This document shows, one piece after another, positions 9,721 to 19,392 of a stretch of 19,689 nucleotides of DNA; the first letter of the stretch is position 1, and each line of letters opens with the position of its first letter. The translations under genes and the position numbers were made by a program. Origin of the DNA: a bacterium (lineage in GTDB: Bacteria > SAR324 > NAC60-12); the NCBI GenBank assembly GCA_965233585.1, contig CBDDTI010000424.1, positions 1-19,689 of the forward strand, given 5' to 3'. Under the pieces are notes generated by a model. That model did not search any database and was not told the DNA's origin. It saw nothing but the letters and a program-made list of their open reading frames with translations.

Positions 9721-10240
9721 ATGGAGAACAATAAGTATGAAAAAGGAAAAATATATTTAATTACAGATGTTGCTTACACAAAGTGCTACTACGGAAGCAC
9801 TTGTGAAGAATTGAGCAAAAGATTTTGGAGACATAAAGGTGTCTATAAAACCTTTTTAGACGGCAAGTGTTCATATAAACATTCAATTTGTCAGTTATTT
9901 GATGAATTCGGAGTAGAAAACTGTAAAATAGAACTGGTAGAACTGTTCCCGACCCAATCCAAGATTGAACTATTACAAAGAGAATGCTATTACATCAAAA
10001 ACAATGCTTGTGTCAATAAAGAAGTGGCAGGAAGAACACCGCAAGAATATTACAAAGAGAAGGCTATTAAATCAAAGAATTATAATGAGAAAGAAAGCAA
10101 TTACAGAGAAAGAAAGAACTTCCCACTGGCTGAATGGTTATTATGTTTTGCAAGAGGTTGCAGAAAAGTTGAACCAAAAATATTACAAATTAACTGATTA
10201 CCCAAGATTGTTGATGAGGCATGAACTTTTAAAGATTTAG
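9721..10240 (+). pseudogene. Deletion chimera: GIY-YIG 5' part joined to the integrase 3' end
   Basis: Matches 3793-4130 up to 10058, then a 23-nt filler, then matches 5148-5306 from 10082. The integrase catalytic core is lost. Confidence 0.92.
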
Positions 10241-10732
10241 TGTTTTAGAAAGCCTTGTAGGCATATTTTCCCATACTTATGCCTACTTGATGCAACCATG
10301 AGATGGTTGATTTGATGTGCTATTTTGATTTCAGGGTTTTGTGTTTTGCCCTTCATTTGTTTTCCCCATGAATTTGTGTTTGGCACGTTTGGGTCATTGG
10401 CTGGGATTACTCTATGTTCCTTTGTCCTTCTGCCCCGCCTTGGCTTTGTCATCAATCTCTTCTTCATCCTGCTGTCGGGGCGCTCAGCTGTTGGGAATAT
10501 GTCAGTTGGAGGTTTGAAGCCACATATTCTTGGAGAGCTTGACCTTGAAATTTGTTTCAATTTGAGCATCTTTGACATTCTCAGTTGGAAAGCTACAGAA
10601 ATTAGCTCTTTCAGTTTGCGCTTGGAATTTTGTGTCATTCTTCAGCATCTTTATGTTCTTCCGTAGCGTTTTTGCGAGTTTTTCCTCAAGCCACTCAGGG
10701 ACGCTTTTTAGCTCAGAGGTGTCGGCATTGCC

Positions 10733-11713
10733 ATGGCGCTCAAATCTGGTGTATTCGCTTGCCTCATCCTTGCATTGTGCGTGAGCTGCAACAACGTCAT
10801 GGCAGAGGAGAACTCCGGCAAGGAGACTGAGAAGAGCGGCATCATCATCGGCCGCGGCCTCCCAAGTGAGACTGAGAAGAGTGGAGCGCCCTTCCTCCCT
10901 CGGTCGGAGAACCTCGAGGAGACTGAGAAGAGCGGCATCATCATCGGCCGCGGCCTCCCAATTGAGACTGAGAAGAGTGGAGCGCCCTTCCTCCCTCGGT
11001 CGGAGAACCTCGAGGAGACTGAGAAGAGCGGCATCATCATCGGCCGCGGCCTCCCGATTGAGACTGAGAAGAGTGGAGCGCCCTTCCTCCCTCGGTCGGA
11101 GAACCTCGAGGAGACTGAGAAGAGCGGCATCATCATCGGCCGCGGCCTCCCGATTGAGACTGAGAAGAGTGGAGCGCCCTTCCTCCCTCGGTCGGAGAAC
11201 CTCGAGGAGACTGAGAAGAGCGGCATCATCATCGGCCGCGGCCTCCCAAGTGAGACTGAGAAGAGTGGAGCGCCCTTCCTCCCTCGGTCGGAGAACCTCG
11301 AGGAGACTGAGAAGAGCGGCATCATCATCGGCAGGGGCCTCCCGATTGAGACTGAGAAGAGTGGAGCGCCCTTCCTCCCTCGGTCGGAGAACCTCGAGGA
11401 GACTGAGAAGAGCGGCATCATCATCGGCCGCGGCCTCCCGATTGAGACTGAGAAGAGTGGAGCGCCCTTCCTCCCTCGGTCGGAGAACCTCGAGGAGACT
11501 GAGAAGAGCGGCATCATCATCGGCCGCGGCCTCCCAAGTGAGACTGAGAAGAGTGGAGCGCCCTTCCTCCCTCGGTCGGAGAACCTCGAGGAGACTGAGA
11601 AGAGCGGCATCATCATCGGCCGCGGCCTCCCAATTGAGACTGAGAAGAGTGGAGCGCCCTTCCTCCCTCGGTCGGAGAACCTCGAGGAGACTGAGAAGCG
11701 GGTCATCCTATGA
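10733..11713 (+). CDS. Secreted tandem-repeat protein, putative multi-core peptide precursor, copy B (9 x 32 aa)
   Basis: Same 34-aa leader and RVIL tail as 5799-6587; intact 326 aa ORF. Confidence 0.8.
   Translation: MALKSGVFACLILALCVSCNNVMAEENSGKETEKSGIIIGRGLPSETEKSGAPFLPRSENLEETEKSGIIIGRGLPIETEKSGAPFLPRSENLEETEKSGIIIGRGLPIETEKSGAPFLPRSENLEETEKSGIIIGRGLPIETEKSGAPFLPRSENLEETEKSGIIIGRGLPSETEKSGAPFLPRSENLEETEKSGIIIGRGLPIETEKSGAPFLPRSENLEETEKSGIIIGRGLPIETEKSGAPFLPRSENLEETEKSGIIIGRGLPSETEKSGAPFLPRSENLEETEKSGIIIGRGLPIETEKSGAPFLPRSENLEETEKRVIL
10823..11698 (+). repeat. 96-bp coding tandem repeat, 9 units plus leading GAGACTGAGAAG
   Basis: Directly visible. Confidence 0.98.
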
Positions 11714-12539
11714 TTGGCATGATGATGGCTCACGTCTTGAGAAGGCTTGCTTCGCCAACAGGGCGACTTGCAAAACAGTGCTTGCTTCGCCACCAGGGCG
11801 ACTTGCAAAACAGGGCTCTTGGCTGATGCTTTTATGATTGACAAGGTCTGTAGGTAGCAAGGTTTCAGGGTGTCAAGTAGGAATAGGACATTGCTTCAAT
11901 AGAGCATTGATGCCAGTGAGCCTTCAAAAGCTTGACATTCTGGCACCAACAAGGCACAAAACGCAAATCTTTTTCACTCCATTTCGCCCCAAAAGTTTGG
12001 ATTGCTGTGCCATCTACATCGCGCTGAGGTTAAGAAGACATGGTTATCAACAAGTTCATGAAGGGCGGTTTGGGCATGGTAATTGCGGTAAATAAAGAGA
12101 TTTGAGATTGAGAAAGATGTGATGCTGTTGTGATATGCTAGTTTGTATGTATGCTGGTATGTATGCTGGGGGGTGGGATAGTATGTTGGCTGGGGGCTGA
12201 GGCTTCCCCTATAGGGAGAGACTGTGGTAATTAATCCCATAATCTTCATGATAAATGATGATGAAAATTATGTTGGTTATCCCCATAAATTTGAAGTGAT
12301 GATTATGAAATTCAAACTCAAAATTACAAGAGGCACACAAACACTTTGAAGCATGAGGAGAATTTGAAGAAGAATGATAGTTAAATTTCATTTTATAAAA
12401 GTGAAATTGCCTTTTGTTTTGGTTTGTTGTTATGGTTTTTGGTATAGTCTATTTTATAATCTATTGTATTGTTTAGGTTGTTTGAGTTTTTTTTTGTTTT
12501 GTTGTTTGTTGTTAGGTTTTATGTTGAATATCTTTGTAT

Positions 12540-14825
12540 GAAAGCCTACACTAAATCCACCATTGATATTTTTGAAGTGCCTTGTTTTTCTGAATTTGAT
12601 ATTTGGCAAAAAGATGATTATTCAAAGAATGATTTTAACAAGATGAATGATTTGACCTTGTATCTTGTTAAAAGCAGAGTTAGAAACTTATTTTTCAACA
12701 GGGCTTATAATTTGATTTACGTCAAGTTTTTGAGCAAATATGCTGATGATGTTGAAGTCAGTTATTACAAAATTCCATCTAATACATACAAAGTTAATTA
12801 CAAAAAATTAGTTGATGAACTTTGGAAATTGAAACTGGATGAGGATGAGGAGAAAGATAAGTTGAAGAAAAAAATGATTGCTTGTATCAACATTGGTCTA
12901 TTAGAAAAGCAAACTAACAAGGCTAAAAAGTCCATAGTGTTTTCAAAAATGGTTGATGCCTTTTACTATCAAGAAAAATACGGTGGTGATATAAGTATTA
13001 TCACTGAAACTACATACGACCGCTATTTCAATGATGGTTATGATGATGATGATGATATGCTGATTGAAAGAGATGAAATGGGGAATGACATTGAGAATAT
13101 TGAGGATGATAATGGTAATGATATTCCTGAAAAGATAGATGAGTGTAAGCATTATGTGCTGAACATATCTGACAAAAAAACTTTGATGAATGGATATAGG
13201 TTTATCAAAGAACTTATTTTACAACATCATAACTTTGATATGAATGAGGCTTGTAAAAAATTAAAAGACAATGATGTTGAAGTCTATTCTGTAAAGACTG
13301 ACGCCTTTGTGATTGATAAATCTAATCTGGGCAAAGCAAGGGAGGTCTTGAAGTTTGGTAGTGAGATTGGAGAATGGAGATGGTCTGATAAATTCAATTT
13401 TCCCAGCAAGGCATTTTGTAAGAAACCCAGTAATTTGTGTGATATTACTGAATATCAAAATATGACTGGTGAAGTGAAGGATGAATGGAATAGTGATGAA
13501 ATCATAGATGAGCATATTTTGAATAATTTTTGAATAATAAGAGGTTGATGATTAGAGGGGAAGTAGCAGGAACAGGTAAGAGTTATATATGTCAGCATTT
13601 ACAAAATAGAGGTTATAAGGTATTATTTGTAGTGCCTACCAATAATTTAAAACAAGAGTGTGGAGCAGAAGCAATGACCATCAATAAGTTTTTTGGTATA
13701 TCTTATGGTGATGAGAGACTTGAGAAGTTTGATTATTCTGATGTTGATGTCATAGTGTTTGATGAAATCATTTTTCATAATGTGGGCAAGTGGGCTTTGA
13801 TATGGGACTTCTGTAAGAACAACCCTGATAAAATTGTAGTGGCAACTGGAGACACTAACCAGTTGAAAAACCCAGAGAGGGTAAGCAATGTAATGTCATT
13901 TGAGAAATATGCTGACCATTGTATTAATTTGATTTTTGAAAATAATATTACATTGTATGAGTGTAAGAGGCTGAAGACTGAAGAAGACAGAAAGAAACTT
14001 TATGATATAAAAGGTATGATTATGAACAATGAGCCTATCCTTAATGTCATAGAAAAATACTTTGGATGGAGTGATGGCAATGAGATATGTGAAAACAACA
14101 TCGCTTATACTAATAAAACTTGTAGAGAGGTGAGTAGCAGAATGAGAAAGATGAAAGGTATAGAAGATGAATATGTGATAGGTGAGGAGGTAATATGTAG
14201 AAAGTATGTTAAGAATAAAGGGATGAAATTTAATGTTAATTTTAAATTCAGGGTTTCAAATATTGTTGGCAATATTGTTGTTTTACAAAATGTGGCAACT
14301 AATGAGAAGCAAAATATAGAACTGAAAGTATTGAGAAAGCATTTTATATATGCTTACTGCTACACGACACATTCAAAACAAGGCTGTAGTGTAGATGATG
14401 ACATTGTGATATATGACTGGAGCAAATGGTATTGTAGCAAGAACTGGTATTGGACTTCGGTCAGCAGGGCAAGAGATTTGAATAGAGTTAAGTTTTATAA
14501 ATATGATGTGGATGAAAATGATATGAGCAGATTAAGAGTAGAAACATATTTCAAAAATAAAGTAATGAACTATATTGAGCAAGATAAGAAAAGCAACAGA
14601 CTCATAGATGATGATGAGTATGTTGATGTGGATTTCCTGATGGATATGATGAATACCCAGTGTGAAAATTGTAATGAACCATTGGTTATTGATTTTGAAG
14701 ATGGCAAGGTTTCATCAAATATTAGTTGCCAAAGATTAAATAATGAACTGGCACATTATAAAAGCAACTGTATTCCACTGTGTGTTCAATGTAACTGCGC
14801 TTTTTCAAATAAAATATCAATGTAA
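12540..14825 (+). pseudogene. PolB-SF1 helicase fusion, copy C (5'-truncated, one frameshift)
   Basis: An 11-nt tandem duplication TTTTGAATAAT at 13517-13538 splits the ORF just before the helicase. The helicase plus Zn/HNH part (13530-14825) is uninterrupted. Confidence 0.9.
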
Positions 14826-14858
14826 AATGGTTTTAAAGAGATGGTATGTTTAGGATAT

Positions 14859-14976
14859 ATGGAGAACAATAAGTATGAAAAAGGAAAAATATATTTAATT
14901 ACAGATGTTGCTTACACAAAGTGCTACTACGGAAGCACTTGTGAAGAATTGAGCAAAAGATTTTGGAGACATAAAG
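14859..14976 (+). pseudogene. GIY-YIG endonuclease 5' fragment
   Basis: Matches 3793-3910, then breaks off. Confidence 0.9.
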
Positions 14977-15028
14977 ATTTTGGAGACATAAATAGTATAA
15001 AATATATCATATTAAATATATAGAAGTT

Positions 15029-16570
15029 ATGGACAATGTAGTTGCGGAAAGTGAGGATATTATGATTAACCAGTTGAACTTCGGGCTTCCACAAACAAGT
15101 CAATATATCACTGATAGAAGGCAAGTTAATTATTTTCCTTCAGGGTCTAATGTATATGCTCCAAATGCTGGTAATAAGAACATAAGATTTTACATCAGCG
15201 GAGAAGCAAACCAATATTTAGATTTAAATAGTGTCCGTCTATTTGCTTACTTACAAAACACTGATGGAACAAGAGCAAAGTTTTTACGACCCTTAGGTGG
15301 TCTTCATTCATTCTTTCAAAGATACAGATGCACTGTAGGAGGACAAATGGTTCAGGATATCGTTGAATATAACCGCCACTGTGAGTTATTTAAATCATTT
15401 AAATCAAAGGATGTTAATGAGATGGATGACATTGAAAGTAGTGCTAATCCTTCTTATGATGATGATTACCATAAATACAGCAATGGATTAGACAACTTCT
15501 TACACATCAATGCTACAGGTGATGGAACAAACTATTATCCAAACGGCGATCACAACGAGTATGGTAGAGTAGATTTTAGACATACAAGACATTCATTATC
15601 AGGCATACCCGGCGCCAATTCAAAAGTCCGCCTTTCACATAAACCCTGTTGTGGTTTAATGGAAAGTTCATATTACCTCCCACTTCGTTTTGCTCCCTTA
15701 GAATTAGAATTTACCATTGTAAGTGATGGTAATGAACCTATTGTAGTCCCTCAAGGTAATGGAACAACACAAACTGACAAAAACGGCTACTACTTTCAAG
15801 ATGGCAACACTTCTACAAGTTGGGAGATTAATAATGTTATTATCTGTGCTGATGTAATCACATTGGATAATACAGTTGATAATAACATCACAAAACATTT
15901 ATTGGAAGGTCAATCATTGAAATTAATTGTCCCGCAATATCATACTATCACTCAAACATTTAACACTGGAGGCGGTGAAATAAATATGAATATTGTTAAG
16001 TCAGCATCAAAATTAACAAATGCTTTTATTACTTTATACCGACAACCAAGAGGTGGGGAAGTATATGCTAATTATTTGGTGGATAATTATGTCTATAAGA
16101 GGTGGAACTACTTTTATAATCCTATGATATGGGGGCAAATCAATGATGGTGGAGACCCTGAAAACATACCAGCACAAGCAGGAAAAGGATTTGCTGACAG
16201 TAGCAGGGCACTTACTTACCAACTTCAAATCGCTTCGAAGAAATACCCAGAATTCGAAGTGAGTAGTTTATCTGAAGCATTCTACTTTTTGAGGCGCACA
16301 CTTCATTTTCTGAATGCTGACCAAAACTCATTAAACATCAGTTATAAACAATACAGAGAGAGCAAATTTGTGATGGCATTTTCACTGGAGAAGATGCCTG
16401 ATGTAAATTTTACTGGCACAAATACCCGCTCTGGATCGTTAATCACTTTTAAAATCAAAGGAACAGAAGGAAGTTTAGCAACAGAAGAGCAAATACAGGA
16501 AATAATGGTTCATTTAGTTAGTGAGAGCATAGTTGAGCTCACCGAGGCTGGGACGCTCGTGTATGATTGA
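15029..16570 (+). CDS. Major capsid protein, PLV-type double jelly-roll
   Basis: Intact 513 aa, beta-strand-rich ORF. The motifs YLDLNSVRL, HSFFQRYRCTVGGQMVQDIVEYN, YYLPLRFAPLELEF and FVMAFSLEK resemble PLV capsid proteins as I recall them; the gene context fits. Confidence 0.8.
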   Translation: MDNVVAESEDIMINQLNFGLPQTSQYITDRRQVNYFPSGSNVYAPNAGNKNIRFYISGEANQYLDLNSVRLFAYLQNTDGTRAKFLRPLGGLHSFFQRYRCTVGGQMVQDIVEYNRHCELFKSFKSKDVNEMDDIESSANPSYDDDYHKYSNGLDNFLHINATGDGTNYYPNGDHNEYGRVDFRHTRHSLSGIPGANSKVRLSHKPCCGLMESSYYLPLRFAPLELEFTIVSDGNEPIVVPQGNGTTQTDKNGYYFQDGNTSTSWEINNVIICADVITLDNTVDNNITKHLLEGQSLKLIVPQYHTITQTFNTGGGEINMNIVKSASKLTNAFITLYRQPRGGEVYANYLVDNYVYKRWNYFYNPMIWGQINDGGDPENIPAQAGKGFADSSRALTYQLQIASKKYPEFEVSSLSEAFYFLRRTLHFLNADQNSLNISYKQYRESKFVMAFSLEKMPDVNFTGTNTRSGSLITFKIKGTEGSLATEEQIQEIMVHLVSESIVELTEAGTLVYD

Positions 16571-16586
16571 ACTGACAGAATAAGGT

Positions 16587-16594
16587 TTAAAGAC
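16587..16594 (+). promoter_or_regulatory. Putative viral promoter motif variant TTAAAGAC
   Basis: Lies 33 nt before ATG 16620 and is followed by an AT-rich tract. Confidence 0.4.
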
Positions 16595-16619
16595 AAAATT
16601 GTTAATATTGATATATAAT

Positions 16620-17528
16620 ATGAACAATTTTCAGGATGGAAAAATCTACAAGGTTGTAAATAAGTTAAATTCTGAAATATATGTGGGTTCTACTACAATG
16701 GATTTAGACAAGAGAATGATAAAGCATAAATGTGATGCCAAACAACGACCTCATCTATCAAAATTTTACACTTTTATGAATGAAACTGGCATAGACAATT
16801 GTGAAATAGAACTTATAGAAGATTACCCTTGTGAAACCAAAGAAGAGTTGAGAAAAAGAGAGGGAAACATTATAAAAGCAATGGCAACATTAAATCAAAG
16901 AGTAGCAGGTAGAACACCTGCGGAATACAATAAAGAATACAGACCCAAGAATAAAGACAAGATAAACAAAAGAAGAAATGAGAGAAGAAAAGAAAACCCA
17001 GAAAAAACAAAAGCAGACAGAAAAAAAGATGGAGCATTATACAGGCAAAGACACCCAGAGAAAATCAAGGAAAAGGCATCAGAAAGAGTTGAATGTGAAT
17101 GTGGATGTAGTTATAGAAGAAGTGATAAATCCCAACACATACAAAGCAAGAAACATTTAAAAGCGTTAGGACTTTTCAATGAAGAAGAATATAAGCAAAG
17201 TAAAAGATGCAACAAATTACAAAACCAATATGAAAAACAAAAAGACAAAATTGATAAAAAAGAAATGAAATAATACAAACAAAACTACTATCAATACAAA
17301 AAAGATGAAATAAGACAAGAAGCAAAACAAAGAATTCTATGTGATTGTGGTAAAGAAGTATGTAAAGGTGCTTACACAAGACATTTAAAATCAACATTTC
17401 ATCAAGATTATCTAAATAATATTAATATAGAAAATGTTTCAAGCACACAGGAAGAAACAAACAACACTGAACTACAGAAAACAAATGAGCAAACCAGCAG
17501 GGAAACCATCGGGACAGGGGATGTTTAA
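16620..17528 (+). pseudogene. Second GIY-YIG endonuclease with two Zn fingers, interrupted by an in-frame TAA at 17271-17273
   Basis: GKIYKV...IYVGST...KRMIKH, ELRKREG and CECG...HIQSKKH. Reading through the TAA gives 84 more codons including CDCGKEVCKGAYTRHLKSTFH. The truncated product (16620-17273) may still be functional. Confidence 0.82.
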
Positions 17529-17760
17529 ACACTATGACACTAACTATCTTGCTTGGTTAAAGAAGCAGTTAGACCAAAGAGAAAGTATGGACAAATTATT
17601 ATCTTATAGAAATGATATAATTGAAGCAAATAAAAGAGTTAATTATAGAAACCAAATAGACAGAATTAATAATGAAATACAAAGAGATAATCTTAATCAC
17701 AACTCATTAGAACATTTACAGCATCAAATAAATCAATTTAGAAATTTAAGTTTTACTTAG
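17434..17760 (+). CDS. Hypothetical protein, basic N-terminus and predicted helical C-terminus
   Basis: 108 aa ORF with viral-like codon usage. The start is uncertain because it overlaps the read-through tail of the upstream gene. Confidence 0.55.
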   Translation: MFQAHRKKQTTLNYRKQMSKPAGKPSGQGMFKHYDTNYLAWLKKQLDQRESMDKLLSYRNDIIEANKRVNYRNQIDRINNEIQRDNLNHNSLEHLQHQINQFRNLSFT

Positions 17761-17765
17761 ATAAC

Positions 17766-17791
17766 ATATTATTATTTCTAAATAATAATAT
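17766..17791 (+). terminator. AT-rich hairpin after the stop codon
   Basis: ATATTATTATT-TCTA-AATAATAATAT: perfect 11-bp stem, 4-nt loop. Confidence 0.4.
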
Positions 17792-17794
17792 ATT

Positions 17795-19000
17795 ATGGCA
17801 AAAGTGGATAAATATAGTATCTATGGATTGAAGCGTCGTCCCACCTATGAAGAAATAATAGGGATTATTGATGATAATAATGAAAAAATAACTGGGAAAC
17901 TGCCAAATAGAGATGCTACATTTTTCAGAAATAGTCAAGAAGGTTCTTACTTTGATGGTTCAGATAGTATGGAGCAACTGAAGGAAGAACAGGCAAGATT
18001 ACTATTGAGGCAAATGAATGACATTCAATTAAGGCAAAATGTAAGAACAGCAGGAAGAACCTTTCATACCGAAAGAAACCAAAGACTACCAACAACATCA
18101 CCAGTCATATCTCAACCAACTCAACCAATGAATGTAGATGAAGAACTAACACAGCAAACGACACCAACTATGCCATCATCTTCAACTCAACAAGCATCTC
18201 AATTGAATGCTGAAATCACACAAAGAGGAGACAGAGCAACAAAAAGAAAAGAAGAAACGGCAATGACCCACAGAGGAGAAGTGTTTAAACAGAACAAGCC
18301 AACGATAGCTGAACAGATACATCACATCAATCCCCCAAGAAGCTTTACACCAATAAAGCCTGAAAGTTTCAACATAGCGACTGATGAAGAGATGCCACAA
18401 GCCAAGGCAAAACCCAAAGCCAAGCCCAAAGCAGTGGCATCAGCATCAAGCAGTTCTCAAGCGTTGCCCGTTATAGAAGTTATGGATACAAGTAGTTCAA
18501 GCAAAAGAGCATCACCTGAAACACAAATTGAACCAAGAGGCAAAGCGGGAAGACCCGCGACCAGCGGCGCGAGAGCTTCGCGACCTAAACATTTCAAAGA
18601 AGGAACTGAAAGAAAGAACCCAGATAAAAGAGATGGAAGCAGTCCTGAAGACGAACCTAAAATGAGAAAGAAGAGGAACAAGAAAAAGACAGATTTAGAA
18701 ATAGGAGGAGCGGAAGCAGATGATGAAATTGATGAACCTAAAGAAAATAGAAGAAAGACAATACAAAAACCGGTGGGAGCATCCACAATAGGGGTTCAGA
18801 GGTTAAGAGAAGAGTTTGTAAATGCTAAAAACAAGGAGATGATTACAAAAGAACAGTATGACCAATTTGACAGCGCTTATAAAACTTGGTTTGCTTCAAA
18901 AGGTAATGACGGTAAGAAAAAGCAAATGCTGAAACAAATGAGGGAGGTTTATAAACTACACCTGTGGCAAAAATTGAAGGATATGTATAAAAGTCAATAA
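17795..19000 (+). CDS. Hypothetical protein with a long low-complexity (Q/T/P/S/K) central region
   Basis: Intact 401 aa ORF. N-terminal YGLKRRPTYEEII segment, AKAKPKAKPKA repeat and basic cluster RKKRNKKK. Confidence 0.8.
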   Translation: MAKVDKYSIYGLKRRPTYEEIIGIIDDNNEKITGKLPNRDATFFRNSQEGSYFDGSDSMEQLKEEQARLLLRQMNDIQLRQNVRTAGRTFHTERNQRLPTTSPVISQPTQPMNVDEELTQQTTPTMPSSSTQQASQLNAEITQRGDRATKRKEETAMTHRGEVFKQNKPTIAEQIHHINPPRSFTPIKPESFNIATDEEMPQAKAKPKAKPKAVASASSSSQALPVIEVMDTSSSSKRASPETQIEPRGKAGRPATSGARASRPKHFKEGTERKNPDKRDGSSPEDEPKMRKKRNKKKTDLEIGGAEADDEIDEPKENRRKTIQKPVGASTIGVQRLREEFVNAKNKEMITKEQYDQFDSAYKTWFASKGNDGKKKQMLKQMREVYKLHLWQKLKDMYKSQ

Positions 19001-19002
19001 TT

Positions 19003-19025
19003 TGTCTTAATGTACTTAAAGAGAT
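19003..19025 (+). promoter_or_regulatory. Intergenic motif TGTCTTAAtgTACTTAAAGAGAT
   Basis: 21/23 identical to 19340-19362; upstream of ATG 19047. Confidence 0.55.
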
Positions 19026-19046
19026 ATTCTTATATAAATCATAGTA

Positions 19047-19320
19047 ATGAGTGTCAAAAACAGAGAAATTGATGAAAACGGCTATGTAATCATTGAGCCA
19101 TTAATACAGCTGAATATTGATAAAAAAAGCGGACTTGAAAAAATACAACAGGTATTACCACAGGGAATACTATAAGAAATTCTTGAGTGTCAAAGTTGAA
19201 TGTCCTTTATGCGGGTGTAGCATCACAAAAGAAAAGTTCAAGAGACACCAGCAATCAAGCAAGTGTATCAGGATGAGAGCAAGTTATAATAATAAAGACA
19301 CTGAAGATAAACCAGAGTAA
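19047..19320 (+). pseudogene. Small Zn-finger protein, +1 frameshift in an A-run near 19125
   Basis: Removing one A joins MSVKNREID...NIDKK to ADLKKYNRYY...VECPLCGCSITKEKFKRHQQSSKC. The extra A could be a homopolymer sequencing error. Confidence 0.65.
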
Positions 19321-19339
19321 ATAAGGTAATACAATTAAA

Positions 19340-19362
19340 TGTCTTAAACTACTTAAAGAGAT
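19340..19362 (+). promoter_or_regulatory. Intergenic motif TGTCTTAAacTACTTAAAGAGAT
   Basis: 21/23 identical to 19003-19025; upstream of ATG 19393. Confidence 0.55.
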
Positions 19363-19392
19363 GCTATTATAATATAATATAAATATATTATA

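Larger units (their letters stand above)
7413..12539 (+). repeat. Tandem segmental repeat, unit B (5127 bp)
   Basis: The length difference from unit A is fully accounted for: -1017 deletion, +23 filler, +192 (two extra 96-bp units), +13 net small indels. Confidence 0.97.
12540..14976 (+). repeat. Tandem segmental repeat, partial unit C
   Basis: Same left junction as unit B. Identity ends at GGAGACATAAAG (14976), inside a 17-bp tandem duplication. Confidence 0.95.
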
